The notes under the pieces: model-generated | Seen by the model: only the letters and a program-made list of their open reading frames with translations | Told to the model about the DNA's origin: nothing | Databases searched by the model: none | Made by a program: the position numbers and the translations under genes | In this document: piece after piece, positions 51,378-64,000 of the stretch | How the letters are laid out: every line of letters begins with the position of its first letter | How positions within the stretch are numbered: the stretch's first letter is position 1 | Assembly (NCBI GenBank): GCA_050084515.1 | Contig: CM114271.1 | Coordinates: forward strand, 37,448,001 to 37,512,000 | Reading direction: 5' to 3' | DNA length: 64,000 nucleotides | From: Blasia pusilla | Taxonomy: Eukaryota

Positions 51378-52982
51378 CCAATGATCAAGCCGCACATGAA
51401 TACTCACCAACTTACCCCAAGATTATGTTGTCGAAGGCATTTTTGTATTGAACGTCTTCCATGATTGGCATTTTGAGTGGAATGAGTAACCATTGCTAAA
51501 GCCTCTACTTGAAGTACATGCTCACTTTGAAGATTCTCCAAATCTCCATACATAAAGCCCTAAATACGTGAGGAGGTTTCGCAATGATCCATCATACCAC
51601 TCCTTGGAGGGAGAACTAAAACCCATTGGGGAAGAGTTATAGGAGATAGCAAGCATTGATATATATATGGGATCACATGCTAACCTTGCTAATGGGAAAA
51701 ACAATTCTTGTTGGTTGATGAGATGAAGAGCAAGAGGAGTACATTTGTTGAGTCTAGGATAAGGGAGACCATGATGGGAAGAGTAAAGAAGATCAAATTT
51801 TCTTAATTTGATGTAAAGTCATCATGATGGAAGCCATTAGTTTGAATTAACTATTATTTGTGGGGAAAGCCAAGCCAAACCACACTTGAGTTACTATACT
51901 ACAACACTCCAACTTGAAGTGAGCAAGATGGAACCATATAATACAAGCTTGTAACCCAAAATGGAGGTAATTAAACAAACCTTGGTGAGGGAAATCAAAT
52001 TTAAGAATTGAATCTTGGGTGGAAGGGAAATTGAAATTTACTCTCCTATGAGACAAAGAAATCTGATCGATAGTCTAGAATTGTAAGAACACGGATGTTT
52101 TAAGATTTTTGAATAAATTTGTGAATTAGGAGTTCGAACCTCAAAGGTGCTTATCGTTTTGAGTAGATTAGAAGGGAAAATTATGACCTTAAGCTCAACC
52201 TTCCAAAAAATAGGTACACTTGCTTATGATCTCTTAATCAACTGCTAGATTTTGAAGAAATCGCTATTTCCCACATTGCCGAGGATTTCAACCAGAATTT
52301 GTATGTATTTCCATTGGCGCTTGCAAGTGTTGCCAACCCAAAGAGTCCATGATGCCCCTACCATGGAGACATCTCACTTGACCTATTTGGACACTTTAAA
52401 GTCACATTTTTAATACACCCTAATGTGTAGCTCCCACGGTCTTTGGGCCTAGTGGGGCAATTCACCTAAAAATATGGCCATAGGGGGGGGAGTATACTTC
52501 CAAGCATCAAATTATTTTCACTTCAATAATTGAACTTTAATACATGTACTTGTCTTTCTTTTCAAAACTTGTATGATGCCTTTCTATGCCCCATGAGAGG
52601 GACATTTTTCCTCTTAATTTAACTACTCTTTAAATATAACACATGTCAACAATAAAAGAGGTTCGAAAAGACCTCTTTTTGGAAGAAGTTTCTCTAACTC
52701 TTTTATGATTGGACTCACTTTCTTTAAAAACTTGTCATTTTTTCAAATTTTATTAAGCGTCTGTTTTGAAAATTAAAATTCTTGTGTGCCGTTAAATATT
52801 TGCTGTGGAAAAAACTTCATGTCGATGAATGAATGAATGCAGATTTTCTCCGGTTGCCTCTCTGTTGCTTGTGGTCGTTTCCCTTTCACAACATCACAAT
52901 ATTTTCCCACCCTCCGTTTTCGCAAATGACTAAATTTCACAGTGGGAAAGAGATTCAAGTCGAATTTCCCTGTAGTATGGGA

Positions 52983-52990
52983 AAACCCTA
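52983..52990 (+). promoter_or_regulatory. Telo-box (AAACCCTA) upstream of importin-9
   Basis: Exact motif about 550 bp upstream of the ATG, near the start of the GC-richer leader. Function inferred only. Confidence 0.3.
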
Positions 52991-53540
52991 ACATTGCTAC
53001 CCTTGCACAGCTCTCTTTTGAACCTTCATCCTCTTCACTCCTAATCTGATCCCTTGAAACGACTGTAAAGGTCTGATTGCATCTCCTGCGCTGGACGAAT
53101 CGCTGCGGGAAGCGCTTGAACTGGAATACTTCGGGTAATCCGAGATCCCTTCGGACAAGCGGTCAGTGGAGCGCCGTAGCAGCTGAGCATTAGAGCAACC
53201 TCGTGCGTCGGAGTGAGCGAGTCTATTCTCCGGAGGCTTTGGAGTGCGGACATCTTGAATGTACCACGGGATGCCTAGATTTGTCGGGAAGTCGAGGCCA
53301 GAATCTTGATTTTCCGGGACCTCTGTCGGCTGCATTTGACGATTTCTGTGCCGTAGATGGTGTCGCGATTATTGGAGCTAGTGTAAAGAGAGGAGAGCGA
53401 TGGAAGCGGTTATGTCTGAGAACTGCGAGAAGAGGTCACCTTAGAGATTACAGTGAGGTTCCTTGTCAATGCGGGACAATCTTGTCCCTGAAGTTTTGGC
53501 GGAAAGTATTTGAATTGTACCGTCGGAGGAGCAGCTGAGA

Positions 53541-56500
53541 ATGGAGACTAGTAGAGGTACAGTCGACGATGGGCAATTCATGTGGCTAATCAACTGCTTA
53601 AAAGCGACGCTTGACACCGCTCCTGTGACACGCGTGGCCGCTGAGGATGCCCTGAGAAATGCATCTGTCCATCCGGGTGACTGTCTTCATCCTTCTTCTC
53701 ATGAGACTAATCGTCTATTAACGTTTTGCCATTCGTTATGACCTGTGCAGCAAGTTGAAATGTAGTCGCAACAGATTAGTACGAGAAGAATTCCATCAGA
53801 GAGAGATAGCGTTTTTGGGACTGCTCTGGATGTCTAGGAGCTCACGCCTTGATTTCTGACTTCAGGCTATGGAGTGGCACTCGCGAAAGTCACGGTGAAT
53901 AAGGAGATACCCATAGGCTTGCGACAAATATCCTTCTGTACATATATTGGAATATAAAATGATAAATGCGTCATACTCTTCCTACAGTTTATTTAAAGTT
54001 GATTGCAGGCTAGTAGTGCTTCTCCTCTGCCGCTAGCATTGCAAGCATTTTTCGATTCAATACCGAACCGCCTGGCAAGAGTAGCGTCCGCTTATAGAAA
54101 TTAATCCAATACTCAAGGGATTCACAGAGAAAGTGAGACTTCAATTGTAGCAGAAGATTTTAATATCCATTTCAGCACCCATCTCAGTGTTGACTTGTAT
54201 GACTTTTAGGACTGTACAAGGCAGATGGAGAAGTGTGATAGGAATTGTTCCAAACATCTTGAAAGTTGATTTGAATCAAAAACTTGTCTGTTGACATGGT
54301 GTTCCTAATCAGATTCTATATCTTCGTCACGCTTCCTAAGTGCACCGGTAGGCGGGAAGAAATACCAATTTGGTCCAACGATTTTCAATTCCGTTCTGCC
54401 AGTGCAATTGAACCCATGAATCTTGCTCTGTACTGGATCAGCTAACATCAGAAAATAGAAGACACTTTAATTTGGCGTACTTAACTCCTCTTGCACCTAG
54501 CTGCAGTCTTACTAAAGCAGTATGTGAAGCAGCATTGGCAAGAAGGCGAAAAGGATTCTGTTCCACCAGTAGCTTCTTCAGAAGATAAGGTTAGGATTTT
54601 ATCTTGCTATGGTGAACTTCTGAAATAGTTTTCATCAGGGCAGCAGCTAATGGCAAGTATCAAGGTATTTGGTTCAACACTGATTCTGTTCCTGCAGTGT
54701 TATTATGAAACTGAAAATTTGGAGCTGTCTCAGTTTATCTTCAGACAGTTATATGACCTTGCAAGTATGGGTCTTCTAGGCAGTTATTCGTGGTCTTCTT
54801 CCTCAAGCTTTGGAAGATCCCCATGGCAAGATTCGTACAGCAGTTGGAATGGCTATTGCAACCATAGCGAATACAGATTGGCCTGAAGAGTGGCCGGATC
54901 TCATGGGTTATCTTCTAGGGTTCATCAGTGATCGAAATGATACAAATAGAGGTGAGAATAAATGCACGTGTGGGACTCTACTTACAAATGGATACTAGGG
55001 ACGTACAACTACTTCATGGAACCTTTTTAGGAGTGGCTGAGTGAAACTTTATGCTTGTATGTGTTTCTCATATGTTCTAGTCGTATGCTAGTTTTGGAGA
55101 CAATCATCTGGTGATATTTAAAGAGTTGGACTAGACAAATTCTGTGGACAAAAAGACTTCTGTCTAGATAAGTCATAATGTGGGGCCAAAAAAATTTGCT
55201 CACAATGTTCATCTAGCGTACCATTTCGACCCGTCCATAGTTATCATATCCTGGGGCTTAGGTTGTTTGATCAACCAGTAATTGTTACATCAAGTCAAGG
55301 CTATCTTTGTTGACTGAATCCTTGTGGTAAGGCAGTTTTCTAGCGGCGTTAAAAGAAATTTACTAATTCATTTTCAAATGGAATTGCTTTGATTTGCAGT
55401 TCATGGAGCACTTAGGTGCTTGGCACTCTTTGCTGGTGATCTCGATGATCTGCAACTGCCACCTCTTGTGCCTGTGCTCTTTCCTGCATTACATTCAATC
55501 GTTTCATCAACAACTGTGAGTTGTCCCATGAACTTTACACGTGTAGAGTTTTCTCCTCATTGTCAAATGTACCTTCCTACTGATCACCCAGGTTTGTCTC
55601 AACAGATGTATGATTCCTCGTTGCGGCGCCGTGCCCTCATTGTTTTGCACAGCTGTATATCCACACTTGGAGTCATGAGTGGTGCTTATCAGGTGTGAAT
55701 TTTGTACTCATTTCGTAATCTTCCAGGTAAGCAGATCCGTTGAGTTATTTGTGGATAAGCTGTATCATCTTTGTAAAAGTGGCTGTCTAGTAGTGTCGTC
55801 ATGGCATTTTGTTAAACACAGATTTCAGGTTTTGTGTCCTTTTTTCTTCAATCCTCGGTATTATGATTGGTTGTGCTAACTTTTATTGCTGTTGCAGGCA
55901 GAAACAAGAGCATTGATGGCCCCAATGCTCAAGTCATGGTTGCAGCAGTTTGCTTTGATATTGTCGCCCCAGGTACCAGCAGAAGATCCTGATGACTGGG
56001 GTCTAAGAATGGAGGTATGTACTTGATGATTGAATCTGGTAGTTCTTTGACAGATATTGGTCTTGGACTTCAATTGGTTGGATATAATACCATTGTGGCT
56101 AACATCTGGGATGCTCTGAGTATGAATGTCTGGCTGGTATTCTTTCTGTTAAGTGCTCTTTGGAGTATCGTCCTGTTCAAAATCTTATGCTCCACTATTG
56201 CCTGTTCGAGCCCTGGCTGTCTTTCATGGTCTAATGATGAATATTTGCTTTCAACAGGTACTTAAGTCACTTCAACAAATTGTTGAGAACTTCCCAAAAA
56301 TAGCTGCAACCGAGTTTCCTGGTGAGTTCCCTTTTCAAGACTTTTTCTTTGCAGAGATTGCAGTAAACAAATGGTTGGGGACCCTTTGTTGGTGGAGGTT
56401 AGTTACTGATTTAGTATGTGAACAGTGGTGCTTGGTCCACTCTGGCAGACATTTGTTACTGGATTCAATGTCTATGAAGCAGCGTGTATTCAAGCTACTG

Positions 56501-59500
56501 AGGAGTCCTTTGGAGGCTTAGCAGACTCAGATGGGAGTGAGCAAAGTCTTGAGGCATTTACAATTCAGGTATCGTAAATCTCGCAAATTCTTTGTTGTGT
56601 TTTGAGGTGCAATGGTAGCATTGTTAATGTCTTGTGGATCAATTGTGTGATCTTGAATCAGTACATAAAGATTCTAATTAAAGGTTGTTTTCAATTTCTA
56701 CAGCTGTATGAGTTCCTACTCACAGCAGTTGCAAGTCCTCGCTTTAGTAAGGTATGGTGCCTCAACCAAATGTTGCATACTCTGAAAAGTCTGAGGTCTT
56801 AAGTGACTCCAGTGACCTCTGTTAGTACGCAGTGTTCAAACTTGATAGATCTCCCTTCCTCAAACACATTACTTTTGGACTTGTGGCAATGTATTAAGTG
56901 TGCTTCCCTCCCAGTTCAGGAAGTAATGACTTGGCTACAACAGTGGCCTTGGTTTGACTTCGGTCTTGTTACTTTGTCTGCTCCAACTGTGTTCTTTAGT
57001 GATGTTGTAGGAGGCTAACTGAATTGAATTCTCCTTATCTTTCCAACTCGCAGATTGTGCAAAATATAGAAGACCTTGTCTACTACACAATTGGCTACAT
57101 GCAAATGACAGAAGAGCAGGTACTTCTTCACGTGCAAGTTTTATTTAATTTATTCAAAGTCTTTTTTTGTCAATAATGACTAGCCTTACATAAATATAGA
57201 ATGTTCTGTGAAAGCTGCCAACCTCAAGTATGAATTCATTACTATGGTTGAGAGCTGAGTGAAACAGTGTGAGTCTAGAAGTTGTTTTGGCTATCAAGAG
57301 GTAGTTGTTTCAGTATGTTTGTGATAGAGTGAATCTTCACATTTTGAAAACAGGAAGTGATTACTACTTTCTATTCATTTGTTTATTTGATTTTAGAGGC
57401 ATCTTTCTTTCTCACTCTTTTCTGGACGCCAAATTCTCAACCTCTTTTGGGAAAAGCATTGTTGTTAATGTGTCCTGCGCGTTGGCTTCTCTTCTTACAG
57501 GAGCAAGCATGGTCTGCAGACCCAAACCAATATGTAGCTGATGAAGATGATGTAACTTACAGTTGTCGAGTATCAGGTGCTGCATAGTTTCCTTGTCTAC
57601 ACAATAATTTATGAGTGGCAGTAGCAATCTCTTCCATGATGATATGAACCAAAGGCAGTGGAGCAAAGGAGCAAAGTTACTTGCTTTCCTTTTTCTTAGT
57701 GATTCCTGCACATACTTGATTGTACTACTGTTTGTAGTCTTCTGGGGAGAATGAACTGCACAAAAGTATTGCCACTCTATTTAGAGGCTGGCCTTCAATC
57801 AAAACAGTCATCCGTTTTTTTTCATCATCAGGAATTCTTCTCTTGGAAGAGCTGGTAGAAACTTTTGAAGAGAAGGGGTTGCAGGCCATTGCTGAAGCTG
57901 TTCAAAGACGGATATTAGAAGCAGCCCAAGCAAAAGCCACCGGAAGAAAGGACTGGTGGAAGGTGTGGCTGAATAAATCTGAAACCCTGTTTGAAGCATG
58001 CTGTATGACAATGAGAATTATTCATATATTACCAACGCCTGATGTGATGGAGCACAAGTACTCTCAATCATTATTCAAGTTTGGGAGCTAATCTTGATTT
58101 CTCTCTCCACTTTAGTCCTTTGAGAAGATTACCAACAACGGAAAGAACGGAAACTAGGAAGAACGGAAACTAGGATAATTGGTAGTCGATTGTGGTCTTG
58201 TTTGAGTTCCAGCCCATGACATGTCAAATATGTAACTATCAACCTGAAACGTGTCCCAAGATCTTGTGTTTGTTATCGCTCGTTGGATCAAAATGTGATT
58301 CCTACAGTTGTGAGAGGTGGAGTGAAGCTGTAAGTGATGAGTTTTAGCTTGTTCAAGTTGAATTTGTTCTACTGGTAGCTTTTTCAAATGGCATTTGTTA
58401 AAGAAATAATTTCTGTAAAGGGTTTTCAAAATGGACAATCCTTCTGTTAGTACCTTTAAGGTTCCAGGAGTGGGAAAAAAAGGGTTCTAGCAACTAACTC
58501 CATGAGTTTTTCGTGCAGTTGAGAGAAGCTGCAATCTTGGCTGTTGGCTCTGTTTCCACATCCCTGATTGAAGCTCAGGTGCTCAGGTCAACTCTATTTT
58601 CTGTCAAATCATATCACTTCTTTGATCTGCTGTATGTCTGGTGTGCTCTGGCTCTGCGTTTCTGTGGTTGTGTGGTTGTGTAACAGTTGAATGCGGAAAC
58701 TTTGTTGTACAGCATTTGAAATCATGAAAGGAGCATAAAATGTACAAAAGTGCCTCTCTTGTAAAATTTGAGTATATGTCCCCTTGTGACCCAAGAATGA
58801 TACCCAGTAGACTTGTGAATCCAAATATCTACTTACAATTTTGTGGGGATATCCTCATCATGTCAATCTAGAATTGGCAGAAGGTTCTTAGTTCCATGAC
58901 TGAGACATGTACCGTTCATCTTATGTACAGATTGATGATTGTAGACAGACCAAACTTCATCATGGTTTTTAAGAGCTTATCATTGTTGTTGTAAAACTAG
59001 AATCGAGAAGTAGTGTTTAAGAAAGCCTTAACGTTGCTAATCTGTGGGATGTAGGCTGGAAGTTTGAGGAACTTCAGATTGGAGCCATTTTTGGACAACA
59101 TTCGTCTTGAAGATTTAGGATCAAGTGAGTGAGGTTTACTAAGGCTGACATGGGTGTCTACCAATCAAAGTGTATTTTATATCAATATCTTTTACTTTGA
59201 ACTGCTAATCAGAGGTCATTAAGAGTTAGTTGACTCTAGATGTACGATCATGGTCTTACTTTGCAGGCATGGAGCAGTGCCCTTTTCTTCGGGGTCGGGC
59301 CTTGTGGGCTGCTGCTAAGTTTGCACCTGCAGTATGAATCTAATTTCATGTGTCCATTATGCTGTAGATTTATTTTGAATCTATCAGTTCGTGACAGTTT
59401 TTATGACCTTGCTTTGTTAGAAGTATCATCAGAGGAATGGTTTATGAGGAAATGAGTGACTGCAGTGTGATTATGGTGTCCTAGATAGTGTAGGAGATCT

Positions 59501-62500
59501 CAGAAATATATCGGTATCAAGAATCTATCATAGGTCATGTATTGTTTTCTGATAGTGGTCTTTGGCGGTCACGTTTTGCAGATGAACAAGGAAAGGTCCG
59601 AGCTGTTTTTCTATGCTGCAATTGTGGGTTTGGCCAAAGAAGTGTAAGTTTATGGGCAAGTTTCTCTCTGCAAATGTCGAATTATGGAGTTTTGGGTAGT
59701 ATCTGCCATATTTGTATGGACACCGGAATCTGAAACCTGTGCTGGTGTGCCTGGTGACTGCAGTCCTCCACCTATCAAAATTGGTGCATGCCGAGCATTA
59801 TCTGAGCTCTTATCCAATGTGGATTCGTCAGTTCTACAACCACATTCAGGAATTGTGTTTGCTTCCTTGGGAGTCTTATTACAAGAGGTATGAAAATTTG
59901 AACGAAATTCGTTATGTACAGTGAAGTGATTGTGATTCGGAAGGATCCCTTGTCACCAGAGTGTGAGTTGATATGGGTATGTTGACGATTCAATGATCTT
60001 TAAATACTAATGGATTAAATTTAAATACTGATACAGGCTTCAGATGAAACACTGCATCTGGTGTTGGAAACTTTGCAAGCTGCAGTAAAAGCAGGTTCGT
60101 ATCTGTTCTAAATTTTAGTATGGTTGGCTGCCGTTGGAGTATTTCTTGAAGTAATTTGTTGCTGAGAGGGTTACCCAGTTGAACTCTCAAAATTTGAATG
60201 TTCCCATACATTGTGCTTCTCCATACTTTAGATCGTTTACAAAAGTAAGCAACAGAAACGGAGGGCATAGGTTGTGAGGAGATCTACAACTCTTTAGCGG
60301 ATGAGATTTTTCATGGTGGACTAAAGTTTGTGACGTTCTCCAGATAACCAGGCATCAGCGGCGATGGAGTCTACCATTTCTCCTTTGGTTTTGAATGTGT
60401 GGGCCACACACGTAGCTGATCCTTTCATCAGTATTGATGCACTTGAGATCCTTGAGGTTCTCTTTGCACCCTAGCCTCTTGTTTGTCTTCCTAGTTTTAA
60501 GGTTATTCCATCAGACACATGTGGGAAAGTTTCAACTCGTGCTGCATCATGAGAAACTTGCTCTCTTTTGAAACGCTTAAAGAAGTTGGTATGCTTGTAA
60601 AATATGCCATTCCTTCACAAGTATCTAATTGTTCTGCCATTGTCATAGCAGGAGACAACACTGTTACCCAAAAACCCGTGAAAGACTTCATTAAACTTGA
60701 GCCCTGCACAAGAACAGAATAGACTAATTGATACTATTAACTACTCGAGTGGTTGATGTGACTCTTGACAACGTCCAGGCAATCAAGAATGTTCCTGGAT
60801 GCCTGGAGCCACTTGCATCTCGTGTATTACCTGTTCTTGCCACCATCTTTGCAAATGTAAGTATCTTTCACAGAAAGCACCTGTGACTTTGTCAAATATG
60901 AGATCATGTATTGTGAAGCAGTTGATCCGTTTAATTCCTGTAGCTTGAAGCTCTAAAGAGATTGCTGTTGCATGTTCATTGTAGCAGAACGACTTGGAGT
61001 TGAAATTCGTAATCTTCACTAGAGCTTAAAATTGATCATTATCCTTACTGGAGCAAAGATCGGGTCTGGATTTATTACCAGATTTTTGAGATTCATGTTT
61101 CATTGGTGCTACAACAACGATGTACCCTTGTCTTCTCATTTTACTGTATCATTTTGAGTTCTAAAGTAAGCCACTGTTGAATTTCCTGTGATTGCAGTCA
61201 CAGCAGCAGCCGGAAGGATTAATTGCTGGCGCACTAGATCTCCTCACCATGCTTCTTAAGGTCTGCTGCTCCTGATGCTATCATGTGATAAAACTTGCAC
61301 AGTTTCCCTACGTATGTGTCTTGAAGTTTAGTGAGGGTAACCTGAATGAGACCAGGATATGAAATACACATGTAACATAGATACAACACATTAGGAGAGG
61401 GTCTATTTTGTGCTCAAGTGAAGGGTTCTTCTTATCAAAATTTCGCTATTTAATTTACATTTGGGTAATCAGTCAATATACCTCATGAGTTCTGTCATTA
61501 ACCTGAACCTAACAGGTGAGGTCACAGAATGACAGATACCAAGAGGAATGAAGCCACTTAGACTGAAACTAACGGAGCTGGATCAAAACTTGCTATAGCT
61601 GTAAAGAACCTTCAAAAGTTGCTTAAGCTTCCTCCCACCATGTTACCAGGTTTGAGGCACTTGCAAAGCCCATTCACATACCCAGAAATATAATGGGGGG
61701 TAAGTGCTTTGTTGGAGAGTTTAGACTCTAACCCTAAGCACCCACACTATCCCGACGTAAGTATAGGAGATGAATGTCTGAAACCCAAGCAAATGGAGGA
61801 GACCATGCAGTCTTTAGGCTAAGATGAGAATATGCCTTCTTTCATTCTTGCTCCATTTTTTTGGACGGCGTGTAAATCCCAGTTGAGATGCGCTTCTGAT
61901 GTTCTCGTAGGTGTAAGTAGATGTGCGCAGTCTTTCCACATTTATTAAGCTGTAGAAGGTTAGTTCTCAAGGTGGACTGCAGAGGAATCATCTTTGAAAC
62001 CTTCATGACTTACAATAGACGAAGAGTTTTTTTTTTTGGTTTTTTGTGTGCAGAAAGCACCTCCAGAGCTTGTTCAACGTGCACATGATGTCACCTTTGC
62101 CCGGGTCATCAACATAGTGCTCCAGAGTGATGATAATAGTGAATTGCAAGTAAGGAAGGAGTCAACAATTAAATGTTCTGTTGATTTATTTGTCTTTAAT
62201 CCTGTGTATTCAAGCTTATCAGTGGATGTGTTCTTGTGTTTTCTCTGAGATATTTTTAATCAGCTATGTGTGTGGTTCCCTATGATTGTCAAGCAATGAT
62301 ACAGAAGCTGTTGGTGAATTGTGATCATTTCTGATCTTAAATTTCTTGGAATTAACAGTGGTTTGTTTCTAAATCCAGAATGCAACAGAGTCCTTGTCTG
62401 CCTTTGTTCGTGAAGGGGGTGAGGCCTTACTCAGCTGGGGTGGTGATGCAAGTCGCACTATGGGGATGCTTCTAGATGCAGCTGCCAGGTAGACACTTCC

Positions 62501-64000
62501 TCATCAGGACCTAGTTTCACCAGCAGTCCTCAGGATACGATTTGTACATTTCAGATTTGAGAAGAGGTTCCTTCAGATCAAGCACTCCTACTTCTTGACA
62601 TTGATTGAGAGTGAGTGTCTAATTGCCGATGTCATGTACATCTTCACACTAGCAGCACTATTACGGCCTAGTGATGGCATGAATGCTGTGATATGAGCGA
62701 ATGCACTGCACAATGATCTTGGAGTCAAATTCTGAGGTTCATCAATAGACCAATAACTGTGACACTCATAGATTGATCAAAGCTTTTGCAGAACAAATGT
62801 CTGAACTTCAAGAACTGGCGGATGCTTTTTGAGGGAGTTGGGATTCCCTAAGATTCCCCTTGTTTGTTACATACAAAGATTAGCATGGCTTAGCCGGTTA
62901 GACATTTCTGCTAATGCACTGTAAAGGAAGTACTTGCATAAGTGCTGAAGGTTATGAGTTTGACTGCAGGCTGCTCAACCCTGATTTAGAGAGCTCTTCT
63001 GCTCTCTTTGTTGGTGGTTTTGTCACGGCGTTGATTCTATACCTTTCATCAATGATGGCACCCCATTTCAGGCAACTGATGACTGCTCTGCTTGCTCGCA
63101 TGCGAAGTACTGAAATGACAGCCTTGAAGACATCAATTTTGCTGGTTATTGCGAGACTGGTCAGTTTTACTGCATTTTGGACAGCTTGCAATCTATGTAC
63201 TATTTGCTTTATGCATAAGTAATGACTCTAACCACTACTTAAGTTGGATAACTTCAACTTTCAGCCTGTCACATGAACTGATACAATAAATCCCTATTAG
63301 CTTTCCTGATGTCAACAGTGTGGAGAGGGACATGAAGCTGTACACGGATCCCAAGTATCCAATACTTGACATTTTGAGTTGAACAATTTTTTTGCAGTAT
63401 TTTAAGAAATCAATAGAGAAAATGAGGCACCACATGGCTCGGAAGCTTGTTTAATGGATGTTTTGATGAAATAATCTCGACAGGTGCATATGAGTACACC
63501 AAATATAGGTCAATTTGTTGAGACCATGGCAACCCTGACAGTTGATTATAGTGCTTTGGAGTATCTGATGTCAGAATGGACAAGACTCCAAGGTTAGTAA
63601 CACATGCCTTCCATGTGTAGTGTCCATCAATGTTTGATTCTGAAGTTTGGGCAAATGTTTAATTCTGAAGTTTGTGCTTCAAGTATATTCCCAGATGGCC
63701 ATTTTTAGGAGGGTGTAAAGAGTAATCATGTAGGTCTGCCCTTCTTTGATCATTGTAGGGGACATTCAAGGATCGTACCAAATCAAAGTGAGCACTACTG
63801 CTTTAGCCTTACTACTGGCTTCAGGGCATCCTCAGCTTGCGAACATCTTCGTTCAAGGACACTTAATGGTTGATTCTCAAACAGCTTGATAAAATTCATC
63901 CATTTTGATTTTATGTATAATGCTTGTGAGTTGTTAGTTTACACTAGGCAGATTTTCTTTCAAAATAGTCTTATCGTTGATTTTTAGTAATATTGTCCAT
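53541..64000 (+). CDS. IPO9: Importin-9 (importin-beta family karyopherin), 3'-truncated by the window end
   Basis: More than 20 spliced exons. Recognisable segments: WLINCLKATLD..R.AAE.AL, LRQLAAVLLKQYVKQHW (IBN_N), KIRTAVGMAIATIANTDWPEEWPDL, YMQMTEEQ..WSADPNQYVADED, WWKLREAAILAVG, DETLHLVLETL, DDNSELQNATE, EWTRLQGDIQGSYQIKVSTTALA. Confidence 0.93.
53928..54496 (+). other. U12-type (minor spliceosome) AT-AC intron in importin-9
   Basis: 5' splice site ATATCCTTC, branch site GTACTTAAC (54477-54485) 11 nt before the 3' splice site GCAC. Removal joins GLRQ|LAAVLLKQ in frame. Confidence 0.9.

Larger units (their letters stand above)
48060..52060 (-). mobile_element. Decayed CRE-like (restriction-like endonuclease) non-LTR retrotransposon
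   Basis: Minus-strand motifs in order: GEYSCAA; GVHPLAFREILYCLISRSL; HQFGMAT...VYGI...IQVDMAKKFD; GTRQGDPMGNPLFAIAH; YIVDDIHL (RT); RLRLG...CVCKKSID..IHIL.C....IHD (CCHC); LVMFQDG..VSDV...KELSY (RLE). Many stops; boundaries approximate. Confidence 0.75.

Noticed and set aside
1-64000. tRNA or rRNA genes
   Set aside because: No cloverleaf or rRNA-like segment was recognised; the B-box-like words at about 27858 and 52130 lack tRNA context.

Overview
Eukaryotic, intron-rich plant nuclear DNA, probably from a non-seed land plant. The basis is inference: a betaine-lipid BTA1-type gene and a CRE-like retroelement are present, and the gene style looks bryophyte/liverwort-like. Five host genes can be reconstructed exon by exon: (1) an RBM24/38-ARP1-like RRM protein (+, 2188-5737); (2) NADPH-dependent diflavin oxidoreductase NDOR1/ATR3 (+, 30665-36155); (3) a stand-alone BtaB-like methyltransferase matching only the N-terminal half of algal BTA1 (-, 37328-39102); (4) a Sel1-repeat protein (-, 41137-44652); (5) importin-9 (+, from 53541, running off the window), which contains a U12 AT-AC intron. 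The most unusual feature is a complete ~12.6 kb Mutator-like (MULE) DNA transposon at 14411-27029. It has ~250-bp TIRs, a degenerate 9-10-bp TSD and a frameshifted MULE-SWIM transposase. It also carries two convergently oriented accessory genes of unknown function (a C2H2-zinc-finger multi-exon gene and a compact beta-rich ORF), plus subterminal short tandem-repeat arrays, an architecture reminiscent of VANDAL/VANC anti-silencing systems. Also present are a decayed L1-type LINE, a decayed CRE-like (RLE) non-LTR element interrupted by a solo-LTR-like insert, a 215-bp mini-Helitron, a PHT4;6-like pseudogene fragment and several local duplications. All family assignments come from recognising motifs by eye; no searches were run.
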